A stretch of DNA of 56,474 nt, the filler included, from Diploschistes diacapsis (lineage: Eukaryota), in NCBI GenBank assembly GCA_023645945.1. It is 6 parts of 6 records of this genome, joined end to end, with 100 filler letters (N's around TTAATTAATTAA, not from the genome) between each part and the next. Parts side by side here need not be neighbours in the genome. Positions count along the whole stretch, not along the records: positions 28,311 to 37,637 come from JALAIB010001057.1; positions 37,738 to 47,056 come from JALAIB010001058.1; positions 47,157 to 56,474 come from JALAIB010001059.1; 3 more parts are not named here. The stretch is one strand, 5' to 3'. Numbering within the stretch: the stretch's first letter is position 1; every line of letters starts with the position of its first letter. The position numbers and the translations under genes were made by a program. Of the stretch, positions 34,625 through 47,209 are shown piece after piece. The notes beneath the pieces are model-generated. The model was not told where the DNA came from. It saw only the letters and a program-made list of their open reading frames with translations, and made no database searches.

Positions 34625-37600
34625 ATGACCCGCCCGCAAATCATTCGAGCCGGTAAGTTCGGATCTCCTTCTACCAGGATCGAAGCGCATGCGAGGGACC
34701 ACGAAAACTTGTCTAGAAACTTGCTAATTGCATCAACCCAGATACGATTGACCTCCAGAACACGGACAGTCCTTCAGCGAAGGACCACAGTCGACAGCCA
34801 ACTAGTCCGAATGCTATGGGGGAAGGCCCGCCCGCGCCTCATCAGGCCGCGACCCTGAAAAGTTCGGGTCTTGATGGCTTTGAAATGCACAGTCGTAGCC
34901 CGCGCGCATCGCAAGATCTCTCCTCTAAGGAGCTGCAACTCCTGCACGACCATACCGATGGCGATGAGGCGGAGTCGGTAGAGGGCGATGGCGCTTCGGG
35001 CCAACGAAACGGATCGAGCGAAGATGGTGACGTTGATGATGAGGGCGAAGAGGGACTGGATGACGATATGATGGACAAGATCTCAAGTTCCCCTTCCATT
35101 GACGACGGTGGGTACCACCGCGACCCAATTCCATCGGCACATTTCTTTGCATCCCCTGCAGCATTATCAGAGCACAGCGGTCATTCCTCAGGCTGTAGTA
35201 CCTGTTCTTCGCCTTACATAGCGATTCCAGAGCACTTGCCCCTTCCTTGTTCGCAGCAACGAGGAAATATGTCAGAGGTGCATCATCATCATCGTTCAGG
35301 TAGGTATGACGGGAGTCAGGAATCGTTCAGCAATACCCAAGATAGATCCTCGAGTTTGTCAACTCCGTTGGCGGAACAAAGTAGCAGCGGTAGTATCTTT
35401 GATGACTTTAGATCATGTTATGAAGACCTAGAACCTGCCGAAAACAACAATGTTGGGGAACGATACAACCTGGACTCTCCCTCTCTCCTAGTCGATGACC
35501 CTCTCCTAGACAATACTTTTGATTCCGGATCCGACCCAATGCAATCGGACGAAGACGAAATAAATGACATTGAGGATCGGCCGCCTTCCTGGGCCTTCCA
35601 AGGTTATTGGCCACGACTGCAACTACCGAGCCGCAGTCCTCTTGCGCTCCCCTACGAGGATCACGATAGCGATGAAGATGATGACACTAAAGACATTTCC
35701 TTTAATGACCCTCGCTTCATCGATTCAGGCTGGGGAGGACGCTGCTTACGTGACTTAGAAGATATTGATTTCGAGTTCGTCTACGCCCTGCACACGTTTA
35801 CCGCGACGGTCGAGGGCCAGGCAAATGCGACAAAGGGCGACACCATGGTGCTTCTTGATGATAGTAACAGCTACTGGTGGCTGGTTCGCGTCGTCAAGGA
35901 CAGCAGCATCGGTATGGTTTGGAATCAGATTTTTTACCTGCAGTAATTTGACCATGTAGGATACCTGCCAGCGGAACACATCGAGACTCCTACTGAACGG
36001 TTAGCACGGTTAAATAAGCATCGCAACATAGATGTGGGTGGCTCCGATTCAAAGCTTATAATGAGCCTGACTGACTAGCCCAAGTTGTCTCAAACAATGC
36101 TTGGGGACAACCCAGAGAAGTTCAAAAACCCTTTGAAGAAAGCTATGAGAAGACGCAATGCGAAGACAGTAGCATTCGCTGAACCGACGTACTTCCCAGT
36201 TTCTGACAATGGCTATTCTTCTGAAGAAGAGAACGAAGAAGATCTGGATTTCATCACCACTGCACTAGACGCCAAAGAAGTTCATTCTGACGAGACAGCA
36301 GAGACTGGAGTGCATACTGTGGAACCTCTCAAGATTCGTGACGCACCGAGAGAGAATGGCACGGTAGAACCTTCCAGTTCTAACCAAATAACGATACCGC
36401 ATTCCAGCGATACTATTAATTCTCAAGGAGACGGCTTCCGCACCAGCGCGGAAGCTGTTGGATTGCAAGGTACATCCGCAGACCCAGCCGTCTCTTAATG
36501 CATTCGCTGACTGAAACAGATGAGAACATGAGAAGAAGTAACCGCCAGATGCGCAACACGGATAGTTTCTTCAAAGATGATAGCGTTGAACCGAAAAAGA
36601 TCAGCTTGACTCCGGGTATCCTGAGAGACGAGTCAGATACTCAGACCACGAACACTCCGGAGGTGAGTCTTAAATTGTTTTCATCTTACTTGACTAATGC
36701 ATGCAACTAGACGCGGAGCAGAAGCAGCCTGGAATCAACAGCGCCAAAGTCATCAGGTTCCGAGAAAGTCAAGGAAGACAAGCGTAAAGAGAAGAAGGGC
36801 ATGTTGGGCGGCTTCTTCAAACGGAGCCGCAAGAGCAAACAGCAAACCGACGAAGACGACCCTGAATGGCTTGCGAAAGAGATTGCCGCGCAGCGCCAGT
36901 CACCAACGCCAAAAATGTCTTCTGAGTCCGTTCCTAGCGAGCACTCTTCAACGCCAAGCAGTCCACAGAGGAACCAACAACCTGCGCGCCAGATAAGCAA
37001 GTTGAAGAAGGATCCACCTCAAAAATCTAATTCTTTCAACAGAGGAGCACAGAAGAATATTGCTATAGAGCCAACGTCTACGATCACAGCTGCCGCTCCA
37101 CAAAGAGCCGCCGCTCCTCCTCAAATCGAAGCTTCGCACAAGATCTCGCCACTCAGTAATCCATTCGAGAACATTACGACCGATGATCTTATAACCAACC
37201 ATAGTGTTTTAGAGCAAAACCCGTCTGTACAGATCAATCCTTCTACTGCTCTTGCCTCTACCGATCCGAAGTCCTCTCTTGACTCCCGGCCTCGCAATGT
37301 CTTCTCGCCCATACGTGACGTGCTCCGTCCGCCTCAGAACGCTACCGTTGAGAGCAAGCCTGAGAAGGTGAAGAAGGCCACTACCCGCATGACTTTGGAT
37401 GATTCGGACCAATCCCAGGACGAAGCACCAATGGAAGCACCAATAAAAGTATGGGAGCCAGTCAGTGCTCGGCCCGAAGTCAAAGGACCCTCCCCAACAA
37501 AAGACAATCTATCCGAATCCCCCGTCCACGTCACTCCCGTCCTCAGCGCTACTCAGCCCCCCGCTCTGGCCGGCGATTCCTCCCAAGACGAAGCAGCTAC

Positions 37601-37637
37601 ACGCTCCGTCTCCTCCCCCACCTCCTCCCCCGAACTC
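34625..37637 (+). CDS. teaC: Cell-polarity SH3 protein, TeaC/Tea4/Bud14-like, multi-exon, 3'-truncated
   Basis: MTRPQIIRA-DTIDLQ start; SH3 IDFEFVYALHTFTATVEGQANATKGDTMVLLDDSNSYWWLVRVVKDSSIG-YLPAEHIETPTERLARLNKHRN; PP1-docking-like KTVAF. Introns at about 34653-34741, 35912-35959, 36034-36084, 36470-36519 and 36663-36710. Confidence 0.82.
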
Positions 37638-37737
37638 NNNNNNNNNNNNNNNNNNNNNNNNNNNNNNNNNNNNNNNNNNNNTTAATTAATTAANNNNNNN
37701 NNNNNNNNNNNNNNNNNNNNNNNNNNNNNNNNNNNNN
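37638..37737. other. Artificial contig spacer
   Basis: N44-TTAATTAATTAA-N44. Confidence 0.98.
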
Positions 37738-37883
37738 CTGATCTATATGCGCCTATAAGCTCAGAGCGCTCCCAGAGCTTCAAACGACGATATGGTGGCA
37801 TTATTGTAGAAATAATAGTAGGCATTTATTGTTTATTTGCACCGATTTAACCGAGGGACCATTACTTTTGGACTAGTACTGTA
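37738..37883 (+). mobile_element. Possible end of a Tc1/mariner-like DNA transposon
   Basis: Ends ...TTACTTTTGGACTAGTACTG|TA (reverse complement TA|CAGT..., typical of Tc1/mariner termini). A similar end occurs at 52949-52970. Confidence 0.4.
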
Positions 37884-38192
37884 AGGCAAACTGACTTTGC
37901 CGAGTAGTTAATGTCATGTCGGCCCGCTGAATAAGCACAAGCAAGCTCATTAACCCCTGCAGCCACAGCCAAACTTACGTCGTTGAAAGCTCAACAGCCC
38001 ATAATGGGACATCTGGCGGGCTGGTTTGGCGCTGCTCATTCTTGTAATCGTAGCACACATCGGACTAGTCGCGTTCTTTAGCATACTTGACAATATCCTC
38101 TTTCCTCCGTTCTATTTTGTACTGTTATTTGGGAGTGCTCTAAGCTTCCATAGCCCTAATCGCGTTGCGTTATCTTCACAGTGCAGGTCGCA

Positions 38193-39819
38193 ATGGACAA
38201 GGAAACAATGTCGCCAGAAAAAGGCTCAGAAGAGTTCTTCGAGACGGGGGTGCAGCCGACTCGAACCCAGAGAGAAGCACCGCCATTGATCCGAAACCTT
38301 GGTGCGGAGGAGCGTCTGCTGCTTGAGAAGCGCCTCAAGCGGAAAATGGACCTGCGCATCCTCCCCATGCTCGTCCTTATGTATATCATGAACTATCTCG
38401 ATCGAAATAACATCGCCTCGGCTAGGTTGGCAGGCTTACAGACGGACCTTGGCCTCAGCGACACGCAGTACCAGACTTCTGTCAGTATTTTGTTCGTTGG
38501 TTATCTGCTCATGCAGGTTCCCTCGAACCTGATGCTGAACAAGTTTGGCAAGCCGTCGATATATTTGCCCTGCTCAATGGTAGTTTGGGGCACGATATCT
38601 GCGGCAACGGCGGCGGCGAATAGTTTTGGCGGACTGTTGGCCATACGGTTCTTCCTAGGCTTCGTCGAAGCGGCGTACTTCCCTGGATGCTTATACTTTT
38701 TATCTTCGTGGTATACGAGGAAGGAGTTAGCTCTTCGCTCGGCCATAATGTACTCTGGCAGCCTACTGTCCGGCGCTTTCTCCGGCTTGATTGCCGCGGG
38801 TATTCTAGACAATCTCGACGGAGCGAGAGGAATTGCCGCATGGCGATGGCTGTTCATAATTGAAGGAACTGTCACCATCTTCATCGCCTTCTGTGCCATC
38901 TTTGTCTTACCCGACCTACCTAGAACAACCACCTGGCTTACGGAAGAGGAGCGCCAACTCGCCATCTGGCGCCTGAATGAAGACATTGGCGAGGACGACT
39001 GGCTTGGAAGCCAAGCGCAGACCTTCTGGCACGGCTTCAAGCTCGCCATGGCCGACGTCAAAATGTGGATCCTGGTACGTTTCCACCCGTCTTCTAGTGA
39101 AAATTTGCTAACACTTTTGGTAGTCTCTTATGTTTATCGGCATCGTGTCGTCTGGCAGCGTTACAAACTTCTTCCCCTCCGTCGTCGCCACGCTGCCCGG
39201 CCCGGTCGACGGCCACATCTCCAACACCGAAGCCCTCCTCCTGACAGCCCCGCCCTACGTCTTCGGCGTCATCTTCTGCCTCGTCAACGCCTGGCACGCG
39301 GACAAGACAGGCGAGCGGTACTACCACATCGTTTTGCCTCTCTGCTTGGACGTCATCGCATTTATCCTGGCCGTGACCCGGCAGGACTTTGCGCCGCGAT
39401 ACATTGCCATCATGCTGATGATCCCGGGGACGTATGCCGCGTTCGTGGTGGGTCTCGGGTGGATCTCCAACGTGATGCCCAGGCCGCCCGCCAAGAGGGC
39501 CGCGGCGCTGGCGTTTATCAATGCGATTTCGAATGCGACGAGTATATATGCTAGTTATATGTACATCGGGGCGCCGAGATATGGTCTGTCTTGTGCAGTC
39601 TGGGCTCGAAACACAAATGCTAACGTTTCGGTAGTGATTGCCTTTACGGTCAATTGCATCACGGCGTTCATCTCTATTCTCAGCGCAACCGTCCTACGCT
39701 TCCTTTTGATTCGTCTGAATAAAAAGCTTGATCGTGGAGAGCAGATAAGCGGAGTTGCGGCCATGGTGGAAGGCATTCCAGGGGAGGCCGCAAAGAAGGG
39801 CTTCAGGTTTCTTTATTAA
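38193..39819 (+). CDS. MFS transporter, anion:cation symporter (Dal5/Tna1-like); introns 39075-39123 and 39584-39634
   Basis: KMDLRILP, NYLDRNNIASARLAG, RFFLGFVEAAYFPG, SSWYTRKELALR, AWRWLFIIEG, RPPAKRAAALA. Confidence 0.92.
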
Positions 39820-40364
39820 GATTGCATGGCGGCTTGTTGCTTCAGTGTATGTATACATACATATTCACGTTGTATGGGAATTGAGGAGTCCCTCAATTGT
39901 CCCAAGTGCTTAAGTGAGTGAAATCTTTTTGTGCAAAAAACATGTTCCGAAGGTTTAGGACGCCCCATAATTTTACAGTTACCGTTTGCGATGCTATCTA
40001 CGCTGTATAATCTTGATTCTTTCAGCAATTTCCACTACGCCAGGAAAAACCCGAGCTCTTTGAGAACAAAGAAGACTGATAACTGCTAAGAGCATTCTGA
40101 AAGCGCTGCAACAAGCGCAAACGCTCAGGGTGGCGGTGAGCTTTTCAACTGAGATCTGAAGAAGCAAAGGAAAAGATCAGCAATTCACCGGCCAAGTACT
40201 CTCCGAAATAGTCGAAAACGAATGCGGTAAGGGTTTCGGTCTCGAGCGTCATAGCTCTTCGTCTTCTATGACACCTACCTTGGTACTGTTGCATGTTGCT
40301 ATTGTCGTTGCCCTGAGTCGTGATTGGTGCTCGCAGTCTATCTCTTCCTCGACCACCACGAGCC

Positions 40365-41255
40365 ATGCAAGGCAGATCGAAGCTATTGCTGGCTCTTGCA
40401 CTCCGACCATGTCTTGCGGATTACCTTTACGAGCGTACGGCCGAGGCAACAGAGCCCATGGCCGCAGCTACCGTCGCCGTAGCAGCATACTCCCGAGGTT
40501 TTTTTTCCCCTACGCCACAGGCGTCATGAACCTCGACCTTCCGCAACGACGTGCACCTGGCAACGCGTAATACAGATTGTAACACTATAGCCGTTCCTGA
40601 CCACGCACCTTGCTACACCTAGGTGCGCGGCGTGGTGAACTGCGCGACCCTTCCCAAGAAGACACATGCTACAGAAGCGCTGCCGCCGCTAACCACGAGC
40701 TCGTTACCTCCAGTGGACTCTCCCGCTGCCACCTTGCCCGTGAACGTGGATCCACTGGGGCCGTTCGATCCCAGCGACTGCCTGCACCACTTCTCGTCCA
40801 ACATGCACATGACGGTGTGGAATACCAGTACCTGTCAAGGCCCGGGGTTTGACCTGGCCGAGCTAACATGCTGCCTATCGACCGCCATCAACGAGTCCTT
40901 CCAGAGCTTCGAGATAACTCGCAACGTCGACGAGAACGAGACACTCGCCTCTTTCAACTTTGGCGTCTCCGCTTTGACGACATCCGACTCTCCCAACACT
41001 CTGATCTGGTATAATTGGGATTACGGCACGCAGTTCGGTGGAATGCTCTCGGACGAAGATAACATGTGGGATCCCGACAACTGCGTGAACACGCCGAGCG
41101 ACGGAAGTGCAACCGTGCGTGCAGCTGCAGCGACAGGGGCATCTGCGAGGCAGAGCGCAACCGGCCGCCCAGGTAACAACAAGACGAGCCCGCCAACAAG
41201 CGCGGCGCTGCCAGAAACGGGATGTGGAATTCTGGTATACGGAGATGAGGGATGA
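40365..41255 (+). CDS. Putative secreted Cys-containing protein of unknown function, with an apparent 1-bp frameshift in a T8 run
   Basis: Signal-like MQGRSKLLLALALRPCLA. Removing one T at 40499-40506 gives ...PLRHRRHEPRPSATTCTWQR, then an intron (GTAATA...CTGAC...TAG, about 40567-40622) into the 210-codon exon VRGVVNCATL...WNTSTCQG...TCCLS...NCVN. Confidence 0.45.
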
Positions 41256-42402
41256 AATCGAGGCCCGCAGCCGCAGCCCTTACTTGTCCGTCGCCGGTCA
41301 AGGTTTGCGAGCACGCTCCGAACGCCCCGAGAATGTTCGCCAGGAGGCCCTTTGACAGCTGCTTTGTGTCATTAGGGATGACTGGTGGGAAACCAGCAAG
41401 TACACCTGCAGGACAGCGAAAATATACCACTCCAATATTGTGATCATGTGGTTAGCACGACTATGCAAAGGACATGATATGTTTTTTTTCGTTGAGCAAC
41501 ATGTTCCACGCTGAAAGCGGGCCAAGATTTAAGACCGTAGATGAACCTCACATAATATGCAGAGAACGAGATGCTATACAGGTATTAGCTATGCATAGGA
41601 AGTAATCGCTTCTGTCATGGAGCGATGAAAGAGGAAAATCCTCTAAGAACGGTGCGTGGAGATCCAAGTTTCTAGCCTATGTGCTGTATTTTCCAATCAA
41701 TAGCCTACCAATGTAATCCTAGGAATAGCTGCCCTTCTGCTCGAGCGACATCTTCAGATCTTGTTGGATTTGCTCGAAGCCATGAGATGTCGTCTCCAAA
41801 CGTTGGACTATTCCATGATAGAACACCGTTGGATTTGGTAGGTAAGATACCATATTTAAAAGCGATTTCTTCTCAAGACAGATCAATTGGGATTGCTCTC
41901 CTCCATTTCATCATAGACTAGTATTTCCTTGCTTCTTAACACGAGCTCTATGCTCTTGAGATGAATGCCGGCCTTGATCACGGGGGAGACTGTCCGCAGC
42001 GCTTAGCCAAACTCAACCATGGCTGAAATATACGTAGTTATCCGAACCTGTCGATGAATGACAGAGTAGGCTAGTTGGAGTCGTTTAACACAAGCAGGGT
42101 CTTTTACCATATATGCTTGTGTGGCGCCGCATTAATCGGCGCTAACCTTTTGTTCTGGGCGTCACTTCGTACTATCATGAGGACCTCTAGTGGAAGCTTC
42201 AACTTTCCATGACTTTGACGTCCCAACATGATCCACATTGCTTTGCGTATCAGAGGAGATCCTCCGTGATAACTTAAAATCCTAAATAGCATAATTTCTG
42301 CGCTACTAGACATGCCGCATGTCATCTCTCTCTTTCTCGTCAAGTGTTTCTAAATCTCTTTTCATTTCAATCAAAGGAAAATGAGAAATGTCTCTTTCTG
42401 TC

Positions 42403-43055
42403 ATGATGGCTTTTACGCTCTCCCGAGCCAGATCCATTTATATAGTTGCGTTCTTTGCAGTCTTTTGGTCTGCTTTCGTTACCGCAGCTCAGGCAGTTCT
42501 GAGTTTCTTTCCTGCAACGTGACATGCAATAACAGCACAGATGTCAGTAACTGCTGTGGGGGTGCTTCGGCTTGTCTGGCCAATGGCCTTTGTCTAGTCA
42601 CAGCGATACTGATACTATCGAGTTTGGAAGAGGCTCATGTGCCGACTCCCCGTGGACGTTGCCAAAGTGTTTTCTCAGTGTAGAACAGACCCCAAAGCAG
42701 GTTTTCTGCCCCTTTCCTGCTGCTATCGACGGCATGCTTACCAGATTCACCCTGTAGCCGGAGCATTATTCGCCAATGGAGCTGCTGTTTTCGAATAGGG
42801 ACCGTGGGCTTCCAGAACAAGGCCAGCTACTGTTGCGAAAGCGGCACAAACTCGAAAGATGCCTGTTGTACTACTTCCTCTTTGATATTCCAACTCGCTA
42901 CTGGCACGCCGACTTACTACAGCCTCAACCTCAGGAGCTTGGGCAGACGTCCAGGGCTTCAAGAACTTTCGAGCTGGACGGATCTCCCCATCGATTCTAA
43001 CTGTTTCCGACCCAACCTTGTATCGTCGAGTATCTACCGCCGCGGCGAGGATTAG
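42403..43055 (+). pseudogene. Frameshifted secreted/membrane Cys-rich protein gene (CC-x5-CLxNGLC ... RGSCxDxxW family)
   Basis: Signal-like MMAFTLSRARSIYIVAFFAVFWSAFVTA. Fragments CNNSTDVSNCCGGASACLANGLC, FGRGSCADSPWTLPKC and YCCESGTNSKDACC are not in one continuous open frame. Confidence 0.55.
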
Positions 43056-44059
43056 GGACGCTTTTGCAAGAGTCACAATTTTCAAGAGGATGCTATCCTC
43101 CATGGTATGCACTTTCCAACCTGTTTAAGGCTGGGTCCACTGCTGATCCTGAATATCAAAAACTCTAATGTGGAGCATTAGAAAGAGCTTTAGTGCATGC
43201 GTCCAATCCAAAGCTACTGCAGTGTGGAAAACAAACTCAAGGATCGTCCTTAATAATCTCAGAAAGCCGATCTTCTAGATCCGAACTCAGAACCTATGGG
43301 CAAAGGAGTTCGAACAAAATCACCAAAGAACACGTCGTGCAAAAGACGTGATCATAACTCCAAAATTGCATTAATACTCCAGTTTGAAGAAGGGAAGGAA
43401 TGATATGCTTTGCCGAATTCAACGACTTCTATACCGGAGCCATTTGGGCGAGCTTTGTGGAGGTCAGGTTTGCGGGCGTTACAAGGATGCAAGCTATGAT
43501 TTCAACCAAGACAGGTAGATACGGTCAATCCTACCGTTTCGAAAGTGGGAACAAGTGGTCCTGGGTGCCGTAGCTCGCTCTCACGAACAAGGGGCGGATG
43601 CGGTAATTATCATGAAGCTACGAGCCCGCCATTGTGATATTACAAAGCGCCAGTTTAGTACCGCTAGGCCACATAGCCAAAAGACCAACATACTGGATTC
43701 TGCCAGTATTGAACTAAACTGATATATATAGCGAAACCACACCATGTTACTGCTAAGAACACGTGACCCAGCTTGCCTCCCAGAAGATCGGTGATGGTAG
43801 CGATTGGTGCAAGTTCGTACAGCACACAATACTGGTCCTCGTATATAGTCTACGTCTAGCGGATGGTACAATCTAAGCCCCAGGGCGCGCCGGTCAGTAT
43901 CAGTATCAGGGCAATTGAATAAATTGCAGTTTGAGCGTGCCAACAAGGTACAACTGAGTATCGTTTTAGCCTATCTAGCTCCTAAACTATACGAGGATGG
44001 CGGAGATTGAGTTGTATGTTGCAGCAGCTGCGTGGTGGTCAGGGCTCTGGGATCAGCAA

Positions 44060-44131
44060 GGTAATTGGTAATTGGTAATTGGTAATTGGTAATTAAGTTG
44101 ATGTGTTTCGAGCGTGTTTCGAGCGTGTTTC
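44060..44131 (+). repeat. Short tandem repeats (GGTAATT)x5 and (GTGTTTCGAGC)x2.5
   Basis: Seen directly, about 1.1 kb upstream of the ferric reductase. Confidence 0.8.
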
Positions 44132-45212
44132 ACATCCACCTCCTTGGCGCCAAGTCTGTCCCAACGACAGATTAGTAAAATGCTTAAATGCATATATGCA
44201 TAATATGTGCATATAGTTTAGTATAAAACAAGTAATTTGATGCACATGTTAGCGCTGGTAAGCCCCCAAAAAGGCTAGTGCCTCTCATACGCCTTCGACT
44301 CTCTGATGAGAGACTCCATGATTTCCTTCAGTCTCCAATCAGCAAAAGCCAGCCAAAATGTCGTGATAGAACCCACACGAACTGCGTGCACACTGCGGCC
44401 CTATCGATGGCTCGGCCTCACCTCAATTGGCGGCAATCCCTGGCTGCACAAGTCTACTTGACCATGCAATGGCCTCGGTGCCTTTGTGACCACGCGTACT
44501 CTGACTTGTTTCCCCCCTAACTGCTTTCTTTGAGGACCTGAGTATCTAGCCTTGAAACACAGAATGGGTGTAGCGTATAGTTATAGCTTACTTACATATA
44601 TCTGCCCGAAAACCTTGGGGACCTTCCGAGTACTTGATCCAAGCCAAATTCTCTATTATCATCCAAGCCTCTTCAACTACGTGGCCGTTCCATCAGTAAA
44701 ACTATAACATGGCTTACTTACTATTCTCGAGAATCATGGATCTCGCCAACAAAATCACGCACTGCTAGGAACGGAGCTGGGGTTACCTTGTATTCGGATC
44801 CGGCCAGAGGTTTTGTATCTGTGGTTTTGTTCTGCTACTAATACCTAGTTCTTTCTTTGTCTTATTGTTTATCGAGCTCGTGGCCTCCTCCTATTGTGCC
44901 CTGTTGGTATTGTGATTGGAAAGCTTGCGTCAACAAAGGCTTGCTCATTGTTGTGATTGAACAGCTCCCACGTGCACCGATATATCTCTCCCCCAAGACT
45001 TTGACTCTTTTCAACCATTTCCGAGCCCTCAGCTGAAAATTTTGATTACTGCTTTATATCTGCTATACACAGCAAACATCTTCTTGAGCTTGGATCTCGG
45101 TTGTCAGGACCGCCGGGCCGCCTCGTGCTCTTTTACTCTGAGATATCACGCCTGCGTCACTCGTATCTGCAATCCTCATCAGCCGTGGCTTGAGGCCTCA
45201 CCATCGACCAGA

Positions 45213-47056
45213 ATGTCTGCACTTCGACTACGTGCTTTGGTTGCTACTGCCACCAACGCGAATGCAGCTCCTCCCAAAAACTCCACGATGCCGACGCCCA
45301 GCATAGCACAGTTCACCTACGGGTTGAACGGTGTCAATATAGGAATGGACAACGTCTCCAGCCAGGTACTATACCTCTCGATAGGCGTCATCTGCGTCGT
45401 CATAACAGCGGTGCGATTACTACAGAGGGGGAACGGTTACCTACGACAAGTAGTCTCGCTAGGCCGAACGCCTGAGCAACAGGCCTTTTGGAAGTACGAC
45501 CCGAATTCATGGTGGCCCAGTCTCAAGCGACACCTTCTCTATGCACCCTTGAGGCACAAACGACACAACCGCGAGATTCAGCTTTCTAAAGCAGTCAACA
45601 TGGGCACAATTCCCGGCCGCTTCCACACGCTACTTCTCTCCCTCTACCTTATCAGCAATATCGCCTACATAACGATCTTGGACTACAGCGGCCAGCCTCA
45701 TGCAGAGACCCTTGCCGAGCTTCGAGGGAGGTCGGGACATCTTGCCACGCTCAACTGCATCGCGCTGCTGGTAATGGCTGGCAGGAACAACCCTTTCATC
45801 CGGATCTTGAAGGTTTCGTTCGACACCTTCAACCTGTTCCATCGGTGGATCGGACGCATTGTCGTTATCGAGGCAATCATACACACGATCGCTTGGAGCG
45901 CGGACAAGGTCGCCGCGACCGGCTGGGACGGGATCAAAGAATCCTTGGTCGGTTCTGATTTCATCCAGTGGGGCACGGTCTCCTTGTTGGCGATGATGAT
46001 CATATTCGTCCAAGCTGTCTCTGCGATCCGCCATGCCTTCTACGAAACTTTTCTTCACTTGCATAGGTTCCTCGCTTTCTTCGCGATTCTCGGTCTCTAC
46101 CAACACGCAAAGCTTGGCGACCTGCCGCAGCTTCCTTTCGTCGTCTTCGTTATCCTCGTCTGGGCCTACGACTGGATCATGCGAGGCTTCCACATCGTCT
46201 ATCGCAACTTTACCTTCGGCCGAGGCATCACTCGCGTCGTCGTTGACGCTCTACCGGGTGAAGCATGCCGCGTGACCTTCCACACCCCCCGGCCATGGAC
46301 GCCTGCACCGGGCACCCATGTCTACGCCTACATACCACGCCTCTCTCTCTGGATGTCTCACCCATTCTCGGTCGCTTGGACCACCACAACCGCCAATCCG
46401 GAATCTGGCTACGCCGACGACCTGGGGAAGGAAAAGCAGCCTGTCCCCGTCAACCGGAAGCCCGAAACGACCATATCGCTCGTCATGTCCGCGCGCTCTG
46501 GCATGACCCGCACCCTCTACAACCGCGCCTTGCTCGCCCGCAACGGCCGCGTCACATACCGTGGCTTTCTCGAAGGGCCGTACGGCTCCCTCGAGTCTCT
46601 CCACTCCTACGGCACCATCGTCCTCTTCGCGGGCGGCGTCGGCATCACGCACCACCTCCCCCACCTCCGGGACCTCCTCGCGGGCCATCGCAACCGCACC
46701 GTCGCCGTCCACCGCATCACCCTGGTCTGGGCCGTGCGCTCCAGCGACATGTTCGAGTGGATCCGGCCCTGGATGGACGAGCTTCTCGCGCTGCCGAGCC
46801 GGCGCGACGTGCTGCGGATACAGCTGTTCATCACGAAGCCCAAGGGCCCGCGCGACGTGGCGTCCGCGAGCGAGCGCGTGCAGGTGTTCCCCGGACGGCC
46901 GAAGCCGGGCGTCATCGTGGAGAGGGAGTTCAACGAGAGGGTCGGGGCGATGTCTGTCGGTGTCTGTGGGCCGGGGGCGCTGGAGGACGACGTGCGGAGC
47001 GCGGCGAGGGCGGTGATGGAGAGGGGGAAGGTGGATTATTGGGCGGAGTGCTTTAC
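45213..47056 (+). CDS. Ferric-chelate reductase (FRE family), last codons cut off by gap
   Basis: AGRNNP, FNLFHRWIGR, FYETFLHLH, FAD motif SHPFSVA, EGPYG, NADPH motif FAGGVGITH, VCGPGALEDDVR. Confidence 0.92.
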
Positions 47057-47156
47057 NNNNNNNNNNNNNNNNNNNNNNNNNNNNNNNNNNNNNNNNNNNN
47101 TTAATTAATTAANNNNNNNNNNNNNNNNNNNNNNNNNNNNNNNNNNNNNNNNNNNN
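47057..47156. other. Artificial contig spacer
   Basis: N44-TTAATTAATTAA-N44. Confidence 0.98.
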
Positions 47157-47209
47157 CTCCATCATTTCCCACAAAACAACTAAACCCCCACCTCTTCCCC
47201 CCCGCTTAG

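Noticed and set aside
44941..44947. TTGCTCA as a Mac1-type copper element upstream of the ferric reductase
   Set aside because: It is a single imperfect 7-mer, expected by chance.
46265..47104. Long alternative-frame and antisense ORFs in GC-rich gene parts (also 19042-19815 and 55248-56461)
   Set aside because: These are shadows of high-GC3 coding sequence with no independent motifs.
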